NCBI GenBank assembly: GCA_041751215.1
Contig: JBGSXW010000002.1
Location: forward strand, 3,123 to 67,122
Direction: 5' to 3'
DNA: 64,000 nucleotides
Source: Candidatus Saccharimonadales bacterium
Lineage (GTDB): Bacteria > Patescibacteriota > Saccharimonadia > Saccharimonadales > JBGSXW01
Both the position numbers and the translations under genes were made by a program. Position 1 is the stretch's first letter, and the number at the start of each line of letters is the position of its first letter. Under the pieces are notes generated by a model. The model ran no database searches and was not told the origin of the DNA. It was given only the letters and a program-made list of their open reading frames with translations. Shown here piece after piece: positions 9,262 through 18,457 of the stretch.

Positions 9262-9798
9262 TTACCTCTTATCGTGAATAAATTTATAGTATGGGGCTGA
9301 GGAGGCAGCGAAAGTACGACTACTGACTATGTTCAAACCTTTGACATTCATTTCGGTAATCTTCCATGCGCCTGTCTCGGTATTAACATCAGTCACAAAT
9401 GCTACGTGCCCCCAAAAGCCCTCATCAGTCTGATAGATGGCTCCCACTGCTGGCACATGACTAACTACATAGCCATCAAGTTCCGCTCGGTCATCCCAAG
9501 TGTTGGCATTACCCCAAGTTGTTGGTATTGGCTTGCTAGCCCACAGACGCTGAGCAAATGCCCAATAGGTACAGTTACCCCACTCGTACGTATCACCTGG
9601 TATTGGTCCGCCCATGTAAAACCCTTGCGTCTCAGCGTGTTCAGCACTCGGTGTTGAGATTAAAAACGATAGGACATCCTCACCCATTGAAAATACTGCC
9701 ATAACAGGTAGCGCAACTATAATCACTATGCTTGCTAGCACGAAACCAATCTGCTTTTTGGTAACGCCACTTATGGAGAAGATGAGAGCTGGGTTCAC
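9262..9798 (-). CDS. CHAP-domain peptidoglycan hydrolase (T4SS-associated)
   Basis: 178 aa with an N-terminal TM segment. GNCTYWAFAQRL (Cys) and WGHVAFVTDV (His) are spaced as in CHAP domains. Confidence 0.8.
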   Translation of the reverse strand: MNPALIFSISGVTKKQIGFVLASIVIIVALPVMAVFSMGEDVLSFLISTPSAEHAETQGFYMGGPIPGDTYEWGNCTYWAFAQRLWASKPIPTTWGNANTWDDRAELDGYVVSHVPAVGAIYQTDEGFWGHVAFVTDVNTETGAWKITEMNVKGLNIVSSRTFAASSAPYYKFIHDKR

Positions 9799-11558
9799 TT
9801 TTGGTATAGCTCCGCTGGATTAGTAGTGATGAGGGGGTGCTCTTTATCGGAAGCCACAACTTTAACGGCTACGTGGTTTTGGTCGGCAATAATTAAAGCA
9901 TCACCTCGCTCGCAAGTCAGTAGAAAATTTTGTTCGTATTCAGATAAATTAAACTCACTGACTACATTTCGTATGGTGGTTGTATCCTGTCGCATCAAGA
10001 TACGTAGTGCTGACTGAGAAGCAATTGCTCGCCCATACTCACTTTGTAGGAAGTCATTAGCTTGCTGAGAAATCATCGACACTCCCAAGTAATACTTGCG
10101 GGCGCGGCGTACTAGTCCTGATACGAACCGTGCACTTTGTTCGTGCTCGAGTAACAACCAGCCCTCATCAATAATCAGCAATCGCTTTTCCGGTTTGGCT
10201 TTCACTTGATTTTGGACGAAGTTAGACACGATCAGCATCATGATTGGCTGCAGGTTGGCAGGCATATCTTTGATATCAAAGATGATCAGACGGTTATCGA
10301 GTCTAATGTTTGTTGGCGAGTTAAAAACTCCGGCGAGCGAACCAGTAATGAATCTTTCCAGTCGTTCGCAAAGATGCAACTGTCCAAGCTTGTGAAGTTC
10401 CGCATAGAGGTCTTGTAGTAAAGGTTGTTCTTTCTTAACCTTCTTATATATTTTTAAAATTGCTTTATCGACCGATGCTTTCTCACGCTTGTCGAGTCCC
10501 TCGACCATCAGATCAATCAAGCCGGTTAGGTCTTGCACATGTTCAGATAGGTCGTTTCTAGTGTGGAAGGTGGTTGCCAGATCGAACGGATTAATCTTTT
10601 CTTTACTCTTAGCAGAAAGCTTTATGTAGGTACCTCCGACGGATTCTGTGAGTCGTTTGTACTCGCGTTCAGGGTCAATCACAATGACCTTCGTTCCTTG
10701 CATAAGTTGGCGTAGTATCTCTACCTTGGTAGCGTAGCTTTTTCCAGAGCCTGACTGCGCAAACACGATTGAGTTTGCATTATGCAGGCTAAATCTATCA
10801 AGGATAACGAGAGAATTGTTCGATTTGTTGACACCGTACAGAATACCCGACTCCTGTACGAATTCAGAACTCATAAACGGAAATGATAATGCGGCTGATG
10901 AGCTATCTAAGTTTCGCTTCTGGTTGAGTTGATCTTGGGCGCGTGGCAGTATGGATTGCAGTGCCTCAAGCTGTTGGTAACGAGCAGTCTTTGAGTAAAA
11001 CAAACGAGCGGATAGCGTTGTTTCCAGTAGCTTCGTCACTTTATTAAGTTCAACCAGCGACGGTGCACGTAATGATACATAAATGGACATTTGGAATAAC
11101 TTTTCTTGACCACGCTGAATTTTGTCACGCAACTCAATAGCCGATTCGAGCGGATCAGTAACCTCAGAGCCAACAATCTTACCGGCTCGTAACATTGCTC
11201 GTTTGGTCGATTCAAGCTCAGTAATCTTTCGGTGTAGTTTTGGCAGGGCTTGCAGAGCATTAACTTCGTGCAAGTGATAGCTAATATCGGCGTTATGACT
11301 GAAGTTAATTAGGGTATCGAGCCAGCCACTTGAAGCCACAAATGGATAGCCAGAAATATAAATCGTACGTATGTAGACGCCATCGATGCACAGGTAATCT
11401 ACCTGTTCTTCAAGTCCAGCATATGACAGCACGTCAAGTGCATCTTGCTCCCCAAAGGTTAAGGCTAGTTCCTTAGGACGTTCGTCTCGTTGCTTCTTCC
11501 ATTGTTTTAATTGGTCAATCGGATTAGGTACACCTTTTTGTTTAGTCTTCATTGTCAT
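9795..11558 (-). CDS. VirB4/TrsE-like conjugation ATPase (ATPase portion)
   Basis: 587 aa with Walker A FAQSGSGKSY and Walker B RLLIIDEGWLLL. It overlaps the CHAP gene start by 4 nt. Confidence 0.85.
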   Translation of the reverse strand: MTMKTKQKGVPNPIDQLKQWKKQRDERPKELALTFGEQDALDVLSYAGLEEQVDYLCIDGVYIRTIYISGYPFVASSGWLDTLINFSHNADISYHLHEVNALQALPKLHRKITELESTKRAMLRAGKIVGSEVTDPLESAIELRDKIQRGQEKLFQMSIYVSLRAPSLVELNKVTKLLETTLSARLFYSKTARYQQLEALQSILPRAQDQLNQKRNLDSSSAALSFPFMSSEFVQESGILYGVNKSNNSLVILDRFSLHNANSIVFAQSGSGKSYATKVEILRQLMQGTKVIVIDPEREYKRLTESVGGTYIKLSAKSKEKINPFDLATTFHTRNDLSEHVQDLTGLIDLMVEGLDKREKASVDKAILKIYKKVKKEQPLLQDLYAELHKLGQLHLCERLERFITGSLAGVFNSPTNIRLDNRLIIFDIKDMPANLQPIMMLIVSNFVQNQVKAKPEKRLLIIDEGWLLLEHEQSARFVSGLVRRARKYYLGVSMISQQANDFLQSEYGRAIASQSALRILMRQDTTTIRNVVSEFNLSEYEQNFLLTCERGDALIIADQNHVAVKVVASDKEHPLITTNPAELYQK

Positions 11559-12207
11559 CTCCTTTCTGTATGTACGAAGTATGCAGTAGCTGTAGGGCTT
11601 GGCTGGTGAGTGGCTGTATCTTTGCTTGTTCAGGACTATAGAAGCTATAGAACAAATCGAGAATTTCGAGGTTGTTTAGTTCTCGGCTGTGCATTCCGAT
11701 ACGTGCCAGACCCTTAGCAACGATATCCGCAGTTAAGTTAAGCCGTTCTTTGACGGATTCGAAGTCAGTTTTAGCGGTGGCGTTATACGGGATTATTACA
11801 TAGAAGTTGCGAGTTAAAATCTTGTTGGTGGTAATCAGCGAACGAATAAACTCATCATAGTGCTTAAGCTGATGCTTATAGATTTTCTCGGATTCATTTT
11901 CCAAGCGTTCTTGTAGATCGCTTAAATACTTATCCATGTCTATTTCACGGGTGCGAACTAAGATTTGCAAACTACTGCCCACTGAGTTTAAGAAGCTCTC
12001 ATAGGTATCGATGATGGCATCTTGCTCATCTTCACTTTTTAACTCAAAATTAACTGATGAAACGTGTAAGACCGCGCGGTACTGATTGCTAGGTAGAATC
12101 AGTACATTGTCACGTACACCTTTAATATCTATTTGGCTGCGCGCACTAACTCTCTTCTTTGATTTCTGTAAAGCGAACATACAGTTTTCCTTTCCGGTTG
12201 GTTTCAA
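11542..12207 (-). CDS. VirB4 N-terminal-domain-like protein (split VirB4)
   Basis: 221 aa. IDIKGVRDNVLILPSNQYRAVLHVSSVNFELKSEDEQDAII resembles the N-terminal region of Gram-positive VirB4 homologues. It overlaps the ATPase ORF by 17 nt in another frame. An alternative start is Met10 (12180). Confidence 0.5.
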   Translation of the reverse strand: MKPTGKENCMFALQKSKKRVSARSQIDIKGVRDNVLILPSNQYRAVLHVSSVNFELKSEDEQDAIIDTYESFLNSVGSSLQILVRTREIDMDKYLSDLQERLENESEKIYKHQLKHYDEFIRSLITTNKILTRNFYVIIPYNATAKTDFESVKERLNLTADIVAKGLARIGMHSRELNNLEILDLFYSFYSPEQAKIQPLTSQALQLLHTSYIQKGDDNED

Positions 12208-12661
12208 AACGTACCTTTGAGGCTGGATTATTTATGATATCCAGTGCTCGTACCGTATCGGCAATGCCAAGCTGCTGTAGAGTTGTTTCTCGCGCAGTAT
12301 TTGTAGCCTCCTGAGGTTCGTTTTCTTCAATAATTGTGTCGCGATATTGTTCACGACTTTTCAGTGTGTTCTTGTTAAAAACGTACAAGCTTGGCCGTAA
12401 ATTGTAGCGCAACACTATGACCAACCAGAGTAGTAAGATAGTGCCCTTAATACGGATCGCCATTGTCCAGAAAATAAAAGCAAGCACACCAATCAACACC
12501 ATTTTATAGGCAGCGTTGTTCATAAAGGGTGGCAAGACCACATACAGGAGACCTCCTGCAAAAACGGGCGTAGCAAGTAACAAAAGCTGAGAAAAGCCTA
12601 AGTTACCGGCAATACGGTCTTCAACAGTTGTAACTTGTGCGGGGACAACAGTGGCTTTCAT
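12146..12661 (-). CDS. PrgI/VirB3-like small membrane protein
   Basis: 171 aa. The N-terminal EDRIAGNLGFSQLLLL is followed by hydrophobic helices, and the gene sits immediately upstream of VirB4 as in Gram-positive T4SS. Confidence 0.55.
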   Translation of the reverse strand: MKATVVPAQVTTVEDRIAGNLGFSQLLLLATPVFAGGLLYVVLPPFMNNAAYKMVLIGVLAFIFWTMAIRIKGTILLLWLVIVLRYNLRPSLYVFNKNTLKSREQYRDTIIEENEPQEATNTARETTLQQLGIADTVRALDIINNPASKVRFETNRKGKLYVRFTEIKEES

Positions 12662-14131
12662 CTACTTTTTCTCCATAATTTTAGGTGGCTTAAGTTCTTC
12701 TTTGTTTAAGCGGGGGGCCTCGCTGGTAGTACCAGTCGGTGGGCGCTTGTCCAGATTTTGTTTTTGAGTTGCACGATTATTTGTATTACCGCTTATTGGC
12801 TGTTTATAATTTGCGCTTGTCGTTCTCTTACTGCTTGATGAACTGCTTGTACTCTTGCTACTGACGGCGTTTTTACGGCTACTGACTTTACTGGTCGTCG
12901 CGTTGGTAACGGCACGGCCCTTACTACCAAGATAGCTAATGCCAGTCATGAATTGGCTGCCAAGTTTACGTGCAGTTCGTGGTCCGATGCTGGCATATGA
13001 GAACTGCATCATTACGCCCTGAGTTTTGAGGAGCGCGATAATTGTTGCCAGCCCTGCTATCATGGCCATGAGAGGGTTTAATGTCTCACCAGGTGTTGCG
13101 ACAACCATGCCAGCAAACAGTGAGGCAGCAAGCAGCAGAATAATCACATGGATAAAGAGTACAAAAATGGTGGCAATATATGCTTTGATGGCAGTTACGG
13201 AAAAGTCTCGAAAGCCTGGAATTAACCATATCAATATGACAATTGGTGAAAGTACCGCTCCGATAAACAGTGTGACCAATCGCCCAACATAGTAAACCAG
13301 GAGTATCACAGCAAAAATTAGGAACACCAGCATCATGAGCAGACCAGCCACACCCTGTCCGCCAGAGCCCTCGACAACTTTAGTTAAAACTTCCCAGACT
13401 GTACCGGGTGCGCCAGCGGCATTGATAGCTCGAATCAACGCGTTAGAGAGTCCAATAATGCCATCGATGATGAAAATTGAGGTATTGAGGAGCATAAATA
13501 CTAAAGCAATCCGTGGCAATAAGTGTTTAAACTCGATTTCGTCAAAGCCAAACGTCGAAGCACTCATAATGTGGAAGCCCAACAGAACAATAACTAGCAC
13601 AAAGAGCGCATCAGCAATCCCCACCATCGCTAGCCATAGATTAAATACAGTCGAGTTATCGGCCATAAGTGGCGTTGCTTTGGTAAAGAAAGACAGAGCA
13701 GCCAGAAATGGCGTGGCTACGGTTTGAATTATATTATTAAGCAATCCGGTTACGGCCTTAATGAGAATATCTACCAGCCCATTTGAAGCAGGTTGTGGTT
13801 GAATTTGCGTAAGCTGTGGCAAACTTGAACTGGGCGTAACGGCGGAACTGGTATAAGCATGGGTTAACACTTCAGTAATAACAGTGGCAGCCAGAATAAT
13901 GATAAGCCCGAGTAGTGCATTGCGGATTACGCGTTTGGCATGGTCAAGATTCTCTGGTTTACCAGCACTAGTCATGTAATTAATACCACCGCTTACGAGA
14001 AAGAAAACACAGGCTAATGAGGCAAGCGCACTAAGCGTGCGAACAAGCGGGCCGATATACGATTGCATGACAGAGCCTGCCGCTGATGCGTCGGCTACAA
14101 GTGAAAGATTCGTAGTTAAAAGCTCGATCAT
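12662..14131 (-). CDS. VirB6/TrbL-like polytopic membrane protein with N-terminal pilin-like module
   Basis: 489 aa with many hydrophobic helices and a Ser-rich C-terminal tail. The N-terminal SGGINYMTSAGKPENLDHAKRVIRNALLGLII parallels the neighbouring pilin-like protein. Confidence 0.6.
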   Translation of the reverse strand: MIELLTTNLSLVADASAAGSVMQSYIGPLVRTLSALASLACVFFLVSGGINYMTSAGKPENLDHAKRVIRNALLGLIIILAATVITEVLTHAYTSSAVTPSSSLPQLTQIQPQPASNGLVDILIKAVTGLLNNIIQTVATPFLAALSFFTKATPLMADNSTVFNLWLAMVGIADALFVLVIVLLGFHIMSASTFGFDEIEFKHLLPRIALVFMLLNTSIFIIDGIIGLSNALIRAINAAGAPGTVWEVLTKVVEGSGGQGVAGLLMMLVFLIFAVILLVYYVGRLVTLFIGAVLSPIVILIWLIPGFRDFSVTAIKAYIATIFVLFIHVIILLLAASLFAGMVVATPGETLNPLMAMIAGLATIIALLKTQGVMMQFSYASIGPRTARKLGSQFMTGISYLGSKGRAVTNATTSKVSSRKNAVSSKSTSSSSSSKRTTSANYKQPISGNTNNRATQKQNLDKRPPTGTTSEAPRLNKEELKPPKIMEKK

Positions 14132-14139
14132 GGTTGTCC

Positions 14140-14481
14140 TTAACTCCCAAAGGCATTGGTCGCGAGTGTCGTAACAATATTGCTAATGACAAAAGCAGCA
14201 ATGGTAATCGCCAAGCCAATTGCAGCATACAGAATTGTCCTTTTGGCACGATCGAGATGTTCAGGATTTCCAGAACTTGTGATATAGCTAAAACCACCTA
14301 CAACAAAAAAGCCGGTCGCAATGAGACCGGCCAATCCGGCAATTACCCCAATAACGCTCCGTATGAAGTTTTCAATATTACTTACCCCCGGTGTGGCGGC
14401 AAATGCTGTCCCTGTTAGAATAAATGGCAAGCCCGCTGCTACGAATAGAGCAACGAAGCGATTTGTTCTTTTAGTTCCCAT
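14140..14481 (-). CDS. T4SS pilin-like protein (VirB2/TrbC-like)
   Basis: 113 aa with a signal-like N-terminus ending TGTAFA, then two hydrophobic helices flanking GGFSYITSSGNPEHLDRAKR. Confidence 0.6.
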   Translation of the reverse strand: MGTKRTNRFVALFVAAGLPFILTGTAFAATPGVSNIENFIRSVIGVIAGLAGLIATGFFVVGGFSYITSSGNPEHLDRAKRTILYAAIGLAITIAAFVISNIVTTLATNAFGS

Positions 14482-14690
14482 GGTGTTCCCCTCTGCTTTA
14501 AATGTAAGGTTCCCACCATCCCTAAGCGTTAGTATTTTCCCGATGAGATGAAAACGGTCGCTCCTTTAGCGACACGCCACATGCTCTCATGTACCCCTAG
14601 ACTATCAGGGGTGAATTTTAAATTGCAATAAGGTACTTAGAAGATAGTTTAGCACCTAGATAATACTAAGTTACCCAAAAGTTAGTATTA

Positions 14691-15054
14691 CTAACGGGTA
14701 AGGTACCTATCGGTGCGTCGATCATAAGCTTTTTGATCGCGCTTGATTTTTTCTTTGTGTTTTTCTGCCCAATTTACTAGGATGTCGGTAATCTCTAGCA
14801 ATTCAAATCCAATAGGAGTGAGCTTATACTCAACCTGTGGCGGTACAACTGGGTAGTGAGTGCGCTCAACAATACCATTGCGCTCTAATGACTTGAGAGT
14901 GTCAGTTAGAACTTTTTGCGTTACACCGGGCGTATACCTAATTAGTTCTGAATGGCGTCTTACCTCCGTGCCGAGTTGACGTATTATTGGAACTGCCCAC
15001 TTTCTCGACAGAATATATACTGGGTGGTGTTTTTATTGTCTGTTGACATGCCAT
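14691..15054 (-). pseudogene. HxlR-family transcriptional regulator with a +1 frameshift in an A5 run
   Basis: Not in the ORF track. The minus strand reads MACQQTIK, then after an extra A (T5 run at 15030-15034 on +) continues HHPVYILSRKWAVPIIRQLGTEVRRHSELIRYTPGVTQKVLTDTLKSLERNGIVERTHYPVVPPQVEYKLTPIG. The ATG-to-stop span is 364 nt (3n+1). Confidence 0.6.
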
Positions 15055-15080
15055 AATTTTAAAGCATGAGCAGCAATATC

Positions 15081-15095
15081 TGCAATTTAGTTGCA
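15081..15095. promoter_or_regulatory. Fur/Zur-box-like palindrome (one-mismatch copy)
   Basis: TGCAATTTAGTTGCA, about 26 nt upstream of the HxlR-like ATG. It has one mismatch to the boxes at 18388 and 21192. Confidence 0.45.
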
Positions 15096-15187
15096 AAAGT
15101 TTCACATATTTGAAACAAGATTAATTCTGATATACTTCTAACCAAGAGAGGTTTGTGTTTCCTTGCGAGGTTACAGAAGCCTTTCTT

Positions 15188-16609
15188 TTATTTCCAAACG
15201 AGCTTAGAACCGCTAACCGTCTTTAAGACTTTTCCATCTGAGGTATTAATAATAGATGTTTGTACATTTGTGGGTTGCAGTTCACTTCCATACTTATCGT
15301 ACTCACGACCTTTAATTGCCGAAGTTTCTAAGATTAAGTATTGATCGTTTGGCGTGGTGCTGTAATTGCGCACCTCGTTGTCTTGGGTACTCACTCTATA
15401 GAGCTCTTTGTCGGCGCCCCATCGCTGTATTGCTACCGTGTACTCATAGCTGTAGCTGGTCACGGGAATATTAAGTAGTTTTATAACGCCCTCGCTATTT
15501 TGCAATAAGCGTATGCTTGTAATAATTGGTGTAGTCGCGCCAGTGTTGCGGGTGGTGTAGGGGTTTTTACTTTTCTTAGAGACATCAAGTATGGTTGGCC
15601 CCTCTCGGTAGTCTATAAAAGCTATCTTGCCACCGTTGCTTGAAGTATTGGCTACGCCAGACAAGTTACCTAAGGGGATTGGTTCGTGCTGTGAGAACAC
15701 ATCAATAAATAATGTGCCAGAGGTGTACGTTTCGGCCACGATTGTTGTTCCATCCGGCATAAATCTCCAATTACCGACACCCGTACGGACGTTACCAATA
15801 CCTTTTATCTCATCAAGTAACTTGGATTTAAAGTCATAGATGAACAAGTTGTAGGAATACTTTTGGTTTCCAGAGACAAACTTACTAGTAAACGTATAGC
15901 CTACAAATCGTCCGTCGCTAGAGGTGTGTAACTTATCGATTGTACCTTTGGTTTCAGGCAAAGAGATATTGATCGATTCTTTGGTTTTTAGATCATAAAC
16001 AACGAGACTGGGAGTACCTTGTTGCGCATCTTCGTCTATACTACTGACTTGACTGCTAATGAGCTTGTCGCCGCTGACAGTGAAATCGAGTATCTTCTCC
16101 GCGCTATAAACAACTTCGTCTTCGCCGTACAGAGAACCTTTAATAATTTGATCTTCTTCCTTTTCGGCAAATGCGTAGAGGTTGGAGGAATAGCCATAGT
16201 TTCGTTTCAGGTAGTAGTAATTGGAACCACCAGTTTTAAAACTTGATTCGTTGTTTGTGGTTCGGCCATTACGGCCGGTTATATCGTTTAATTTAACACG
16301 GTATGTAGTGTCCTCAAGCAAACGCTGCTTCAACTGAATAATTACCGATTCACCAGACGTAGTAACATTAAAGTCAGTATTTGGTTCAATATGTACCTGA
16401 GATTTATCAACGCTTTTGAGGGGCTGGTTGGCGCGCAGTACAATAGTTTGGTTGAGGTCTTTAGTCAAAGCTTGCGAATTATAGTCAATCTGCCGAATAC
16501 GAGGTCCACTAAATACGAGTCCAATGATACAAACGAGACTTATCACAGTGCAAACAGTTAGGACCCACAGCACCCTTTGCTTATAGGTCGTGGGTGGCTT
16601 AATAGACAT
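15188..16609 (-). CDS. membrane-anchored extracellular protein (Ig-like plus beta-propeller-like regions)
   Basis: Start taken at Met29 (MSIKPPTTYKQRVLW + TM helix) of track ORF 15188..16693. It is beta-rich and the last gene of the permease operon. Confidence 0.55.
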   Translation of the reverse strand: MSIKPPTTYKQRVLWVLTVCTVISLVCIIGLVFSGPRIRQIDYNSQALTKDLNQTIVLRANQPLKSVDKSQVHIEPNTDFNVTTSGESVIIQLKQRLLEDTTYRVKLNDITGRNGRTTNNESSFKTGGSNYYYLKRNYGYSSNLYAFAEKEEDQIIKGSLYGEDEVVYSAEKILDFTVSGDKLISSQVSSIDEDAQQGTPSLVVYDLKTKESINISLPETKGTIDKLHTSSDGRFVGYTFTSKFVSGNQKYSYNLFIYDFKSKLLDEIKGIGNVRTGVGNWRFMPDGTTIVAETYTSGTLFIDVFSQHEPIPLGNLSGVANTSSNGGKIAFIDYREGPTILDVSKKSKNPYTTRNTGATTPIITSIRLLQNSEGVIKLLNIPVTSYSYEYTVAIQRWGADKELYRVSTQDNEVRNYSTTPNDQYLILETSAIKGREYDKYGSELQPTNVQTSIINTSDGKVLKTVSGSKLVWK

Positions 16610-17324
16610 ACGGATCCTTTGGCTTATCGACGATACTGGCCTTACTTGGTTCGATAGCCAAGCGTCCCCCAACAACTTTAAAAGTTCCTTCAACTAACAC
16701 CCACTGATCGGCTTTATAGTCATTCTTCCATGATGATTTGTGAATCGGTACGCCAATTGGACGGGCATCGACAGCACAACAACTTATAATAAAGCGAGAG
16801 ACATAGAAATAGTTATCTGAACCCTCTTGATCGGGCGTAACAAAGCCGACCAGTGACACTTGCTTACCGGCAAAAAAAGCTTGGTCGTTGGTTTGAGCTA
16901 GCAAGTTTGCCCAATCTTTGACGCTTAACTGGGTGAAGTCATTACCACCAAACGGTGAAACAACGTCGGCTTTGGCTAGTTTTGTTAGGGCGTCGGTATT
17001 GGCAGCACTATTAATACCGCGCTGGTTAGCAATGTTGCTCGATAAGGTTGTCGGCTTAATTATCAGGAGCGTCAGCATGGAAATTCCGATGAGCAAACAT
17101 GCAAACAAACCGGAGTGATCATTTTTGTGATCTCGATTACCGGTAACTGCCCACATGAGCGCCAGCAAACCGAGACCACCAGCTATAAGTGTGAAAGTGT
17201 TATAGCGTGGATGGATAAATAAGCCGAGTTGCTTAGTAGCCCCGAGCCACAACGTAGCTACGGCTGCCACGGCAATTAAAATGACCCCGCGGTTATGATA
17301 CAGCCAGCGTATACTAGAACGCAT
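16599..17324 (-). CDS. TIGR03943/DUF1980-family membrane protein (partner of DUF318 permease)
   Basis: 241 aa with N-terminal TM helices and a C-terminal domain containing FIISCCAVDARP. It overlaps the permease gene end by 11 nt. Confidence 0.65.
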   Translation of the reverse strand: MRSSIRWLYHNRGVILIAVAAVATLWLGATKQLGLFIHPRYNTFTLIAGGLGLLALMWAVTGNRDHKNDHSGLFACLLIGISMLTLLIIKPTTLSSNIANQRGINSAANTDALTKLAKADVVSPFGGNDFTQLSVKDWANLLAQTNDQAFFAGKQVSLVGFVTPDQEGSDNYFYVSRFIISCCAVDARPIGVPIHKSSWKNDYKADQWVLVEGTFKVVGGRLAIEPSKASIVDKPKDPYVY

Positions 17325-18324
17325 AGTTCACTACCAATCCCAGGCAGGCACTAACTAAGAAAGTTACCAATATCACTGTACGTATGACGCGCTTGGTATA
17401 TGTAGTTCGCATGAGACTTATCATCTTGATATCAACAATTGGACCGAACACCAAGAAGCTGACTAATGAACCAGTTGTAAAGGTATTAGCAAAAGCCAGT
17501 GCAAAGAACGCATCTACGTTAGCACAAATTGACACGATAAATGCCAGCATCATCATAGCGAATATCGACCAGATCGGATCACCACCAAGGCTAATAAGAA
17601 TACTGCGTGGCACCATAACTTGCACAAATCCTGCTACAAAACCTCCAATAAAGAGCGCTGGCACAATAACATTGGCTTCACTGGCAAATATCTGAAAGCT
17701 TTGTTTGACCTTGTTGTGCTGATGCTTGGTTTTACGGTGATCTACTTTACAGGTAGCGGCGAACTCAGGCGTTAGTAACGCTTGCTGCTTTTGTTTGCCT
17801 GCAAAAAACCAACCAACGATATTGGCAATAGCAAACCCGCCCAACAGGCGCGCAATCAGAATTGTACTATCCGAACCAAACGCTTGTTGGGTGGTTATGA
17901 TTGTAATCGGATTAAGAATTGGTGCTGCCAGTAGAAACGTCAGCGACTCACTTACGGTTAGGCCTTTAACCATCAAGCCACGCGCAAGTGGTATATTACC
18001 GCACTCACAGACCGGTAAAAAGATACCCAAGAATGATAAGGCAATTCTGCGTGGTGTGGGACGTTTTGGTAGAAGTCTTAAGAGTAAATTTTCTGGTAAC
18101 CAGACTTGTACCAATATGGAAAGCGCAATACCAAGCAGTACAAATGGCAAGGCTTCGATTATGATGCTTGAGGAGAGCGTAATAAAGTCCTGTATCTTTG
18201 TTGGTACGGTAATCGCGGTATACCGATTCGAGAGAACTTTTAAGAGCAATAAAAGGCCGACCAGAGCCAGTCCCATCGCAGGGAAGCGTAGTCGGTTTGA
18301 TTGTTGTACGTGAACTAATGCCAC
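17314..18324 (-). CDS. permease, DUF318/ArsP_1 (YraQ-like) family
   Basis: 336 aa, polytopic, with the family signature PVCECGNIPLARGL. Confidence 0.75.
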   Translation of the reverse strand: MALVHVQQSNRLRFPAMGLALVGLLLLLKVLSNRYTAITVPTKIQDFITLSSSIIIEALPFVLLGIALSILVQVWLPENLLLRLLPKRPTPRRIALSFLGIFLPVCECGNIPLARGLMVKGLTVSESLTFLLAAPILNPITIITTQQAFGSDSTILIARLLGGFAIANIVGWFFAGKQKQQALLTPEFAATCKVDHRKTKHQHNKVKQSFQIFASEANVIVPALFIGGFVAGFVQVMVPRSILISLGGDPIWSIFAMMMLAFIVSICANVDAFFALAFANTFTTGSLVSFLVFGPIVDIKMISLMRTTYTKRVIRTVILVTFLVSACLGLVVNYAF

Positions 18325-18387
18325 AATGGCTTATATTTTACAAGTATCTGGTGAGGACAGGAAAATAGTTGCGAAATTAGTTATTTC

Positions 18388-18402
18388 TGCAACTAATTTG
18401 CA
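18388..18402. promoter_or_regulatory. Fur/Zur-box-like palindrome
   Basis: tgcaactaatttgca is the exact reverse complement of the 21192 box. It lies in the divergent intergenic between the permease operon (start 18324) and the His-rich ORF (start 18458). Confidence 0.55.
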
Positions 18403-18457
18403 TTTACGAGAAGTTATAGCATACAATCTGTCTGTTAATTCTAAGGTGAAAGACATA

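Noticed and set aside
7104-14551. Numerous 60-170-aa ORFs antisense to or nested in the T4SS genes (for example 7259..7540, 13335..13727, 14134..14418, 17795..18313)
   Set aside because: All are embedded in longer ORFs with clear ATPase or membrane-protein signatures. None has start-site support.
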